A stretch of DNA of 64,000 nucleotides from Octopus vulgaris (Eukaryota): contig OX597814.1 in assembly GCA_951406725.2 (NCBI GenBank), forward strand, positions 35,216,001-35,280,000. Reading direction: 5' to 3'. A model generated the notes under the pieces. That model was given only the letters and a program-made list of their open reading frames with translations, was not told the DNA's origin and did no database searches. Of this stretch, positions 13,280 through 24,749 are shown piece after piece (within the stretch, counting starts at the first letter, position 1; each line of letters opens with the position of its first letter). The translations under genes were made by a program, and so were the position numbers.

Positions 13280-13890
13280 ATTGCTTTCCTCTTCGCTCCC
13301 ATAATGAATCACAACTCCAAAATAGTCTTGTTGTCGTCGAAGGTGAGCGTGGTATACAGGAATTAAATATCAACTGTGGTGAATTGCCTTCTTTCTCACT
13401 ACATGCCTGTAGTATTGCTCAAAGCGACGACAAGAAAAGGATCAACATTAGTGTCAATATCTCTCGGAGACCTACGCTACTATGGTACCGTCATGAAACT
13501 TTATCCAACAAATTCGGTTATAAAGATTGATAATAATTACTTATATCAAATTGTAGGAAATATGTTTTTCTTCTATTATTTAAGGAGCAGAACCAAGTGA
13601 TAACGTCACCGGTACTATTCTTTACACTAGGGATAATCTTAACAAAAATAGATTTATTTATTCTACCAAGGTCGGATTTTGATGGGCATATTAGTCGAAC
13701 AGTGGGCTTACTTTCATGGTCGTTAAACATAAAATCGGGAATCTGTACATAAAATGGGGAATCTGTAAGGTTCAGTTCGATCCAATAATTTTAATTCTTT
13801 AATTAAAGCATAATGTTTTTTATTGATTATATTCAATTTATTATCAGTTTCTATTTTATATTTAGAGTTGAGCATCTCTACGAATTTTTC
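13280..13890 (-). mobile_element. Penelope-like element, N-terminal RT remnant (inverted segment)
   Basis: Minus ORF 13518-13730 DHESKPTVRLICPSKSDLGRINK...VITWF..L.NRRKTYFLQFDISNYYQS fits the Penelope RT pattern KDHK..KP.RLINP.KS.LG..SK..WF...FIQFDI..FYPS; frameshifts are present. Confidence 0.8.
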
Positions 13891-14920
13891 TTTAAGTTCA
13901 TTGAAAAAAACTTTCATCCGGATCATAAATATCACCTCATCTTTAACAAATCTAGTTTAAAATTGTTATATTCAACGTCACCTAATTCAAGCTCCATCAC
14001 TGCTGCTAATAATAGATCTAAACTTAAAAAGAATACTCAGGAAAAGTAATCCATGGAACGTAACCAGGGAAGCAGTAATATGAATTCCATAAAAGAACTT
14101 GTAATTGCTGATCCCTAAAATTTTGCCCGTTAAAAGGGTCCTGTTTAAGAAAAGATGTACTCTTTTACTCTTTTACCTGTTTCAGTCATTTGACTGCGGC
14201 CATGCTGGAGCACCGCCTTTAGTCGAGCAACTCGACCCCGGGACTTATTCTTTCGTAAGCCCAGTACTTATTCTATCGGTCTGTTTTGCCGAACCGCTGA
14301 ATGACGGGGACTTAAACACACCAGCATCGGTTGTCAAGGAATGCTAGGGCGACAAACACAGACACACAAACATAGACGCACACATATATATATATATACA
14401 TATATACGACGGGCTTCTTTCAGTTTCCGTCTACCAAATCCACTCACAAGGCTTTGGTCGGCCCGAGGCTATAGTAGAAGACACTTGCCCAAGATGCCAC
14501 GCAGTGGGACTGAACCCGGAACCATGTGGTTGGTAAGCAAGCTACTTACCACACAGCCACTCCTGCGCACATGTAGTTTACAAATGTGAAGTAAGTACTA
14601 AAAAGCACAAGAAAATCTATATAAGGAGCACAATAAACTTTAAAACGAGATATAGGGAGCATAAAAATTCATTTACAAACCTCAGCACGAAACATTCGAT
14701 AGCACTAGCCAGACACATAGATATTTAAAAGTGCAAAATATACAGTTTAAATTAGATTGGCCAATAATTACTCAAACTACTCCATATAACACACACACTA
14801 GAATGTGTCGATTAGGCACTAAAAAATCCATTACTGTACTTCGTACAGGTAGAAATAATGTTATTAAATAAAATTTCGGATGCTTTAATATTTTGTTAAT
14901 ATAAGTATTTTTCAAATTAA
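13880..14920 (+). mobile_element. Penelope-like element, RT thumb/linker plus GIY-YIG endonuclease remnant (interrupted by SINE 14160-14570)
   Basis: FFKFIEKNFHPDHKYHLIFNKSSLKLLYSTSPN, then CNC...CPLKGSCLRKD|VVYKCEV...IYIRST..FKTRYREHKNSF...LDW.II...PYN...C.L...LLNK. This is the Penelope Cys linker followed by GIY-YIG. Confidence 0.85.
14160..14570 (-). mobile_element. SINE family A, well-preserved copy inserted in the Penelope GIY-YIG region
   Basis: Full length; flanked by ATGTA (14155-14159, 14571-14575). Confidence 0.93.
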
Positions 14921-15139
14921 AATTTTTTTCTAGTTAAAGTATAACTAACCCATGTTAATAATTGAAACCTAAATTCCGACCTTTCATCTCTAATATGTTT
15001 TAGAATAGCCGTCAATGCATCATTTTTCTGTAAGATTTATAGTATATTTAACCCTCATTTTAGAATTTTATTTTAGTTATCTGAACAGACTTTTATTACA
15101 ACATAAGACACCTGGTCCAAGCACGAAGTCTTTTAAAAT

Positions 15140-15600
15140 CTCGAGATGTGGCCATCTAGAGAGCATTAAATGATATTGAATCAACATTGCAAGTACATGG
15201 GTTGTGCTGCAGAGATTTGCATCTTCCAGCCCCGGCTGCAGCAGCCGTTCATAAAGTAACTGCTAGAAAGAACAATATGGAAGGGGTTGATATTAAGCGG
15301 CGCATTGCATCCTCCACTGAGGCTCAGCGCCAGGTCTATGAACACATTACTGTAGCCATCAATCACGATGAAAGACAATAGATGCTTTTTCCTCGATGGC
15401 GCTGAAGGTACGGGAAAGACCTATTCGAGTGTTAACTCTTGTGAAATCCTTAATCATCTCCTCCTCAAACTGGTGGTACAACTGCGAAAGATTAACTGGA
15501 GTGTTGGAGATGCAAATGAGAACAAACAATTGTCTTAGTTGAAATGAAAAGATAAGGGACGCTTCTTTTATGCCCCTAATCCTATTTTGTAGGGAAGCCT
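15140..15600. mobile_element. Helitron RepHel (Pif1-like helicase) fragment in two oppositely oriented pieces
   Basis: Plus strand: ALNDIESTLQVHG...EAQRQVYEHI...CFFLDGAEGTGKTY (Walker A). Minus strand 15425-15600: EAS..QLRQLFVLIC..P.N..QLY..FEEEMIKDF, the segment that normally lies just upstream in RepHel. Confidence 0.8.
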
Positions 15601-15866
15601 CTGCTGGCATATATAATGACGACGCTCTCTTTTACAATTTCATCTCTCTAATTGATATTACTTTCTCTCACGCCCTCTAAGTCATGGCAATTACTCTCAC
15701 TACTTCTCCTTCACTGAATTACTTTTTTCTCTCCGCTCCCATCATTTGTACTACTCTTTCTCTCACTCCTTCCTACTGCGTGATTTAGGACAAATATATA
15801 TATATATATTTTTTTGTACTTGTTTCAGTCATTTGACTGCGGCCATGCTGGAGCACCGCCTTTTAG

Positions 15867-16020
15867 AGTGGTGAAAGAGTACAGCAGGGATCACCACCAT
15901 CCCCTGCCGGAGCCTCGTGGAGCTTTTAGGTGTTTTCGCTCAATAAACACACACAACGCCCGGTCTGGGAATCGAAACCGCGATCCTCCGACCGCAAGTC
16001 CGCTGCCCTAACCACTGGGC
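15867..16020 (-). mobile_element. SINE family B fragment, fused to a family A tail (15817-15865)
   Basis: Near-identical to the head of 33284-33665. Confidence 0.85.
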
Positions 16021-16067
16021 ATATATATATATATATACTAATATATAAAAGCACTATGCTCATTAGA

Positions 16068-16111
16068 TGATGATGATGATAATAATAATAATAATAATAA
16101 TAGTAATAGTA

Positions 16112-16190
<79 letters not shown>
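16068..16190. repeat. (TGA)n/(TAA)n microsatellite, 5' flank of the Dong-like element
   Basis: Direct reading of the sequence. Confidence 0.95.
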
Positions 16191-16191
<1 letters not shown>

Positions 16192-19019
16192 TTTGTGATA
16201 TAATTTCAGCTAATGATGTTGATATCACAAACCTCAACCACCTATACTATGCATCCGCAAAAATCTCAACGATCCTATGTGGTGTAAAGATTAGAAAACG
16301 GCAACATTCCCACAAAAAGCCTTCTTGGCAAGAGCGTCTGCAACAACAAATTAAAATATTTAGATCTGACATTGAATATTTGAAAAACCTTAAGGCTCAC
16401 AAGACTACTAAACCTACAAAAACCCAAAAATTACAGAAAAAATACAATATGAAAACTATACTTGATATTGATGCCACCATAGAAACCATCAAACAAAAGG
16501 TATCTGCCAAAGCTGCCCGCATAGCGAGGTATGAAAAGCGAGTTAGATTTTTCAAGGACAACAACATGTTCAAAAATAACACCAAGAATTTTTACAGGAA
16601 GATAGGAAAAACAGCGTTTACTGCAAGGTCTGTACCATCAAAAGAAGAAGTGCAGGGATTTTGGAATAAAATCTGGGCAGAAGAAAAAACACACAACGAA
16701 AAGGCCCCGTGGATTGACAGAATATCTACAGAACTGGACCCCTTAGAAGAGCAAAAGTGGGAGGGTGTCAAGGTAGAAGATATAAGATCTGCTCTCAGGA
16801 GGTCAAGCAAATGGAAGTCTCCAGGAAAGGATAAAATTCCTAACTTCTGGCTGAATGCCTTCCCAGAGAGCCATGAACTGCTAACAGAACTGTACAATGA
16901 TGTTTTGCAACACCCTAGTAGGATGCCTCCTTGGCTAGTTAATGGGTTAACATTCCTGCTTCCAAAAAGTGAAGAAACAAATGAACCAAAAAACTATAGA
17001 CCCATAACCTGCTTAACAACTATGTACAAAACACTAACATCTGTCCTGACGGAATATACCTATAGTTTTTTAACAGACAGCAGCATATTCCCTAATGAAC
17101 AGAAAGGATGTAAACGTGGATCCTACGGCTGTAAAGACCAACTACTCATCAATAAGATGATCTTAGAAGATTGTCACAAACGACACAAAAACTTATCAAT
17201 AGCCTGGATAGACTATAAAAAGGCTTTTGATAGCCTACCACATAGCTGGATTATGAAATGCCTGGAAATGTATAAGATAGCACCTACTCTGCGAAACTTC
17301 TTGACTGTAAGTATGAGATCATGGAGAACCACACTAACTCTGAACAGTGACAATGAATCCCTAAATGCTGGTGATGTAAAATTTGCGTGTGGCATTTTCC
17401 AGGGTGACTCACTGTCACCACTCCTCTTTTGTTTATCCTTAATACCTCTCTCAAAGCTGCTCAATGACGCGCAGTACGGGTATAAAATGTTTGATAAAAA
17501 TATAAATCATCTCATTTACATGGATGATTTAAAGCTTTTTGCAAAAATTGACCAACAACTCAAGGGCTTACTAGCGATAGTCAAACAATTCAGTGACGAC
17601 ATCAGAATGCAATTCGGCCTCGATAAATGTGCAAAGGCTACCTTTATCAAAGGAAAAATGACAGAAACATCTAACGTTAACCTTGACCAGCAGAATGTCA
17701 TAAAAGAACTATACCCAGCGGAGAGCTACAAGTACCTAGGGGTAATTGAAGGGAACGGAATAAGGCATTCAGAGATGAAGGAAAGGATCAGGAGAGAATG
17801 CTATCGAAGAGTGAGAGCAATACTCAAGACAGAGCTGAATACAAGAAACAGGATCGAAGCGATCAATGCATTAGCCATACCAGTCGTGACTTACAGTTTC
17901 AATATTGTTAACTGATCAATTACTGAAATATGTCAGCTCGACAGAAAAATAAGGAAACTGTTGACAATGCATAGAATGCACCACCCTAAGGCAGATACAG
18001 AACGACTCTATCTGCCAAGAAAAGAGGGAGGCCGTGGTCTTTTGCAACTGGCAATAACAATGAAGATTGCTACAATTGGCCTAGACACCTACCTGAAAAA
18101 CTCAGTCACAAAACAGGCAAAGGAATATCTAAGTGAATTCCGAATACAACCAATTTCGGAATTAGAGATAGACATACAAGAAACAAACACAGAAAAAGCT
18201 AGGCGCATGAAAAGCCGTGCCAAAACTGCGGCCTTAGATATGCTGAATAATAAATGGCAAGAAAAACCTCTCTATGGCAAATACCCAAAGAGAGCGAATA
18301 ATGCAGATATCGACAAAGCCCTGACCCATCAATGGCTAATGGCCTCTGGCTTAAAATCTGAAACAGAGGGGTTTATCATAGCAGCTCAAGATCAATGCCT
18401 ACCAACAAGAAACTACCAGGCCAACATATTAAAGAACGGCAGTAGCCCAACATGTCGTGTATGCCGACAACAAAATGAAACCATTGACCATGTTGTCTCC
18501 AAATGCAGTCTTCTAGCGCCTACAGAGTACCTCAGTAGGCATGATAGAGCAGCACAATATATTCACTGGGTAATTTGCAAAAACCTGGATTTGCCCCATG
18601 AAAAAAACTGGTGGGAACACAATCCACCTCCTGTGCTTGAAAATGACCACATCTCACTCCTCTGGAACTTCACCATTCAAACTGACAGGAAGATAGATGC
18701 AAATAGGCCAGACATCATATTGAAAGACTCCAGACAGAGAACATGCCTCCTCATTGATATGACTGTCCCAATCGATATAAACGTATCTGTCAAGACCTAC
18801 CAAAAACTGAGCAAATATAAAGATCTTGAAATAGAAATCAGCAAAATGTGGAAGCTGAAGACTAAAACAATGCCTGTTGTCATAGGTGCCCTGGGAATGA
18901 TAGCGAAAGGGACTGATTGCTACCTAACTCAGATACCAGGAAACCCCAAAATGGCAGAAATTCAAAAGATAGTGCTCATGGGAACTGCTCATATTCTACG
19001 CAAAATACTCTCTATGTAA
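16191..19019 (+). pseudogene. RT-RLE polyprotein ORF interrupted by one in-frame TGA at 17913-17915
   Basis: Track ORFs 16380-17915 and 17961-19019 are in the same frame (offset 1581 nt). The bridge reads NIVN*SITEICQLDRKIRKLLTMH. The frame is also open upstream from 16191 (FCDII..KPSWQERLQQQIK), with no element start visible. Confidence 0.9.
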
Positions 19020-19245
19020 TCCCAAGGTTTAAAACAAACTTTTTTTTTATTTTTATTTTTTCTAATTTATTTTTTTTTGTTTATTTTTTTATTTTTATGT
19101 ATTAGACATTCACTAGTACAACACCAAAAAAAGAGAAAAAAAACCCCCAAGTATATGGCACAGAACTTCTAACCTGTTGTCTCTTGAGGTCTCTGGGTGA
19201 GACTTGGAGCCAACTTGTACAGACATAAAGCAAAAGTCAAACATA
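16191..19245 (+). mobile_element. R4/Dong-clade non-LTR retrotransposon (RT + restriction-like endonuclease), 5'-truncated, inserted in (TAA)n
   Basis: One reading frame from 16191 to 19019 with RT motifs (KSPGKD, YRPITCL, DYKKAFDS, GIFQGDSLSP, YMDD, YKYLG), a CCHC knuckle (CRVC..ETIDHVVSKC), RHD, and a PD-(D/E)xK nuclease (RPDII..IDMTVP..KLSKY). A 3' UTR of ~225 nt ends directly in (TAA)n, and (TAA)n also abuts the 5' end. Confidence 0.95.
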
Positions 19246-19338
<93 letters not shown>

Positions 19339-19357
19339 TAATAATAATAATAATAGT
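19246..19357. repeat. (TAA)n microsatellite, 3' flank/tail of the Dong-like element
   Basis: Direct reading of the sequence. Confidence 0.95.
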
Positions 19358-20476
19358 AATTCTTTTATTGGCCACAAACACCTTAAGAACAAAAATTAGT
19401 GGAGCACGTCTTTATGGGGATCAATCTATACAGAGTTAGCCTTGATTGGTAACCTCCGACAGATGGTGTGTCGATAAAAACACTGGTGGTTGCAAAAACT
19501 CTCCAACATAACCTTCTTTATAAAGTTAATACTAGTTAAGTACAAGAGTCGATGTAATCCACTTCCCCCTCTTCAGAAATTGCTGGCCTTGTGCCAAGAT
19601 TTGAACTCAATAATATAGGACATAGGTATAAGTTCACTAATTTCATGAAAGAGGATATATTAATTTATTTAAAGGGTATTTATTTTAGCGATGAAATACT
19701 TGAGCTCGAGCTCTGTACGATTGTTTGCTCGGAGCATACAAAGACTCCGCAAGACATTTAATCTACTTTTCTATCGGTTCTGTCAGTCCTCGCTCTCCAC
19801 TGCGATAATATTAATAATAACAATCGCATTTATTGCCTGTTTTAGCTTCTGCTAACTTAATAAGTAGCATTATTCGGCAATGATAGATATTACCATCATT
19901 GCTTTTACTTTCAGATCAGAAGAAAGACCGGACTAAGATGGGTTAGCGATGCTGCAAATTATGCATCGTCAGATTATATACAAAGAGGAACTAGTTCAAT
20001 GAAACGAGGTTGTCTGAGAATATATATCCAAACATCAAAATGTAAGAAATATATGAAATTAAACCTGGATATTTTGATGGACGAACAATTCACGAAATGT
20101 TGTATTCATATTTATTTATGTATTCATATAAGTAGTGGGAGTAAAGTGTATGATAAGTAAACCTTTTCATATACTTCGATTATATGTCTGTTTTTGATCA
20201 TGCAGAATAATGGTTATTTTACAGATTCATGAATTCATACAGGGTAGTTATAACCATAAAATATTTACGATGCTTTTACGACATATATATATATATATAC
20301 CCGCATACGTAGACTGAAAATTATACACACTTATATATTAATACTCACATACATATAACTTAAACAATCAGTGTTCTCTACACTTTGTATGGAGTGGCCT
20401 CTTCCTCTTCCGCTTAGAGACTGTTACATTTGAATGAATATGTCTGCGTATATGTTTATTATCTATAAAACTACAT

Positions 20477-20580
20477 TCTTCTTCTTCTTCTTCTTCTTCT
20501 TCTTCTTCTTCTTCTTTTTATTCTTCTTCTTCTTCTTCTTCTTCTTCTTCTTCTTCTTCTTCTCCTTTCTCTTCCTCTCT
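20477..20580. repeat. (TTC)n microsatellite
   Basis: Direct reading. Confidence 0.95.
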
Positions 20581-20959
20581 CTCACTCTTTCCGATTGAAC
20601 ATATATGTCTGTGTGAGTGTGCATGCGTGAGAGTGTATATATATATATGTACATGTGTGAGTATACACATATGCATGTATATATGAATATTTATATATAT
20701 TATACATATGTACATACATATATGCGTATATATATATATATTTATATATGCATACATACGTATGATTATATCATACGCACACAGAAACGAAGAGAGTAGG
20801 AAAGAAGAGATGCCGGATTGGCCGCATGATCAAGTATCTCGTTTTGACACAACGTAATTTTGGGTTCAATTCTACTGCGCATCATATCCTGCTATAGCAA
20901 CAGGCCGAACGTTGCGAGAGAAGTTGGGAATTAGCTAGACGTACTTTGTGTGAGAGCAT

Positions 20960-20965
20960 GTCATA

Positions 20966-20996
<31 letters not shown>

Positions 20997-21107
20997 GTAA
21001 ATAATATATACACACACATATATACACGCACACAAACACAAACACACACACACACATATATATACACGCACACGCACACAAACACACACACACACACACA
21101 CACACAT

Positions 21108-21151
<44 letters not shown>

Positions 21152-21239
21152 CCATATTTATATGTATGTATCTATCTCTATATATATATTTATATATAAC
21201 CTTCGGTATATACGGTAGGTTGCTGATTAAAACATTTTC

Positions 21240-21322
<83 letters not shown>

Positions 21323-21325
21323 ATT
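20960..21325. repeat. Compound (TG)/(TA)/(CA)n microsatellite cluster
   Basis: Direct reading. Confidence 0.9.
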
Positions 21326-21363
21326 TTATGTTATTTTTAAAAAAATGTTTTTATTTTTTAACA

Positions 21364-21692
21364 ATGTTGAAGTTTGTTAAACATAAAAAATTGTAATGTT
21401 CATAAAGTTCAATTAGCGCTTTCATACGTTCGTAGTAATCATCAGATTTCAGAAACCGTGAAATTTAAGATGCATGTGGATTGGTTAAAACCGTATCCCA
21501 AGAATTCGGCTTGTTGGAGCCCTCTAAAATGTACAAAAAGGAAGAAGTCAGTCATTTTATTACAGTTGTCATGAATTCAGCAGTGAGGTAAATATATTTT
21601 GAAATCTGATTATTACCAAGAACGTATGAAAGCGTTAATTAAACTTTATGAACATTACAAAATATTTCTTAATGTTTAACACACTTCAACAT
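21364..21692. repeat. Inverted repeat with ~90-bp arms and ~150-bp spacer, between (TA)n tracts
   Basis: 21364-21451 pairs with 21600-21692. Confidence 0.88.
21411..21448 (-). ncRNA. Putative minimal hammerhead ribozyme within an inverted repeat
   Basis: Minus strand: AAT-CTGATGA-T-TAC-tacgaac-GTA-T-GAAA-GCGC-TA-ATT. Confidence 0.55.
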
Positions 21693-21776
21693 TTTTTAAA
21701 GTACCATAATAAAAACCGTGAAAACCAGACCATGTTTTAACTTTATTCTATACACATTTACAACTATTTAGAATAT

Positions 21777-21834
<58 letters not shown>

Positions 21835-22537
21835 TATATATGTGCGTGTGTCTGTATGTATATATAATATATATATATGTGTGTGTGTGTGTTTATATAT
21901 GTATATATATAACGAGATATGGAGTGGGAGAGAGAGATCTGATTGGTGATAGGATTGCTCTAAATATCTTTACTCTTTGTACATATATTATAGGGTCATC
22001 ATATGCAATATATATATATCATATTTTCGATCTGCAATATATATTGATTTCAAATTTTTACACAAAGCCAGCAATTTTGGGGGGCACGGTTGGGTATTTG
22101 GCAGTGGGGGTTTAATCGTGTATATCAACACCAGGGTTCAACTGTTACTTATTTTCTTATGGAATCCGACAGTCAATCTCCGAATTTGAACTCGGCGTAT
22201 TTGGATTCAGAACGTTAAGACAGATGAAATGTTGCTAAGCGTATGTATGAGCATATGTACGTATAGGTGCAGTTATAGATGTCATTCCATGTAAGGATCT
22301 TATTGCATACAAAGCATCATCAATGTTTAACATATTTTGACAGTTTGTAGCTACAATCTTCTGCTTAACCGTGTCTTTCTGGTTTTGTGAATTCCAGTTT
22401 TTGAAGATGGCTATTGAAGCAGCTGATAGTCAAGTGCTCCAATAATTCTTGGTAGAAATTTAGGTTTATTGTCCGAATTGAATACCTGTTGATTTCTCAT
22501 TAGATTGTCAGAAATGCATGTTTATACACACACACAC

Positions 22538-22590
<53 letters not shown>

Positions 22591-22941
22591 TGCACACATA
22601 CGTATATATGAAAATAGGATTGTCAAGGTTTGAGCGTCTTTGATCATGAGTCTAATCGATAAGGCTTAATTGATTGGAACTAACTACAACCACCGCCAAC
22701 AAAAACAATAATAACGATAACGTGAAGCAATGGCAGTATAAATTTAACAAACACTTAATTGGCTTTCGCAACTACATTCAATGCCTCCTTGGGCATGGCT
22801 AGATAAGGTTCTTATCCCGGCCCTTTTTCGCGTGGTCCCAAGTATTCTATAGAAGAAATCATTGTGTGTGGTATTCAGATATAAGGATAGAAGAGATTAC
22901 AATTTTCACTTTTCTGCTTTACACAGACAGACACAGACACA

Positions 22942-23029
<88 letters not shown>

Positions 23030-23769
23030 TGCGCACACACACTCACATTGTTGTCTTAGCGAATCTCCGGAAGACATGGATACCGATACTATCTTAAAGG
23101 TTCATTGGAGTTATCACTTTATTAAACTTAATTCGTGATGCAAATATCTATACAAGTCTTCAGTGTCTTGTACTTGTGTCTCAAACTGACAGCCTGTTGG
23201 TCTACTTCGACCTATTCCTTATATTTTAAACATAGCATTGTTTTTCAGTTGACTTACTCTTCTCTGAAACGAAACAATTGATACAAATTTCAAATTTAAC
23301 ACACGTCTGGTGGATTTTCTTTCTTTCTCTCTCAATTTCACCTTCTCATTGTCTGTCTTCAGCAAGATAAACTCTGTCAGATACTTAGAAACACAGACAT
23401 ATATTTAAACAGTCATAAATTCATACAAAAATCTATACGGACCTTCGATGAAGCCTGTATATAGCCGTTCGATCTGCTATAATTAGTAGGTAAACCCTAT
23501 TAACATCAAACGCTATTGATTTATAATCAGAGCTCTTTGTGTGGTGTGGTCTTAAACAGAGTATATCTGCAAAAAGATCGTATGGTGACGGATTGAATGA
23601 TTGTAAACATGTTTGTTCCATATGTGGTGCCTTGAGGATAAATAACAACAGATTAAGATACAGTGTGTACATATAAACATATACAGGCATACACACGCAC
23701 TCACACTTACATTCACATGCAGATACCAGCACGCACAAACACACACACACTCACACACACACACACACA

Positions 23770-23842
<73 letters not shown>

Positions 23843-24749
23843 GCTGCCAATGAAAGAGTCGACATACTTTTTGAACACTGACCAAATTCCAAATATTTTA
23901 ACCAACCAACCAACCAACCAACCAACCAGCCAAACAACCACAATAACATTACAAAAAGCAGATGTTCAGACACGCACACTCATAGACACATACAAAGATA
24001 TACACGCACACTCATACACACATGCACACTAACGCATTATAATTAAGAAATAAAAATAATTGGTTTAGCAAGGTCTTTCTAATAGCCACACAAAAATCGC
24101 TTAAATTTGAAAATTCATTAACCATAAATATGTCTTAAATTAGTTTCATAATTAAAATTAGTCGCAGACAAACAACTTTGTAAAGTCTCTAATATTTACG
24201 AACGACAACATTTACAAGCACAATACGGTAAAAAGCTCATGCCGAACCAAACCTGACCAAAATTCATGTCAAAAGGAAATCTAAAAAAAAAGAGTTAAGT
24301 AAATAAAAAATGAATAATCAAATTAACTACATAAAAAATAATTAATGAAGACACAAACATATCAGCCAATCAGAAAATGTACAACGTAAACCAACGAACA
24401 AACAATCATAAGACTAGAATCACATCACCAAATGAAAATATACGTTCACAAAAGAGTTGTAACAATTCTAAACAGAAGATCACAGTGTGAAGCTCGAGTC
24501 GTATGGTAAATGTTCAGATTCAATAACCTACATACATATAAAAAGAGTAGAGACCTCCCTTCGGTCATGAATGACTATGGCATTGCACCTAGAAAGTTCC
24601 CCTCTGAGACACAAGTCCGGGTAAGGTTGTTTATGGAAGACCAGCAGTCACCCATGCATACCAGCCTCCTCTCTCCATGCCTCACTTATTTGTGTCTAGC
24701 ACAATGAGAATACAAAAGAGGTAAATTTATTAAAAAAATGTAAATGAAC

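Noticed and set aside
22395-22440. TTGAAGA-T-GGCTATT...GATAGTC hammerhead-like remnant (also GAAACAGCTGTA on minus near 53365-53377)
   Set aside because: Only one of the two core boxes is present in each case; too degenerate to call.
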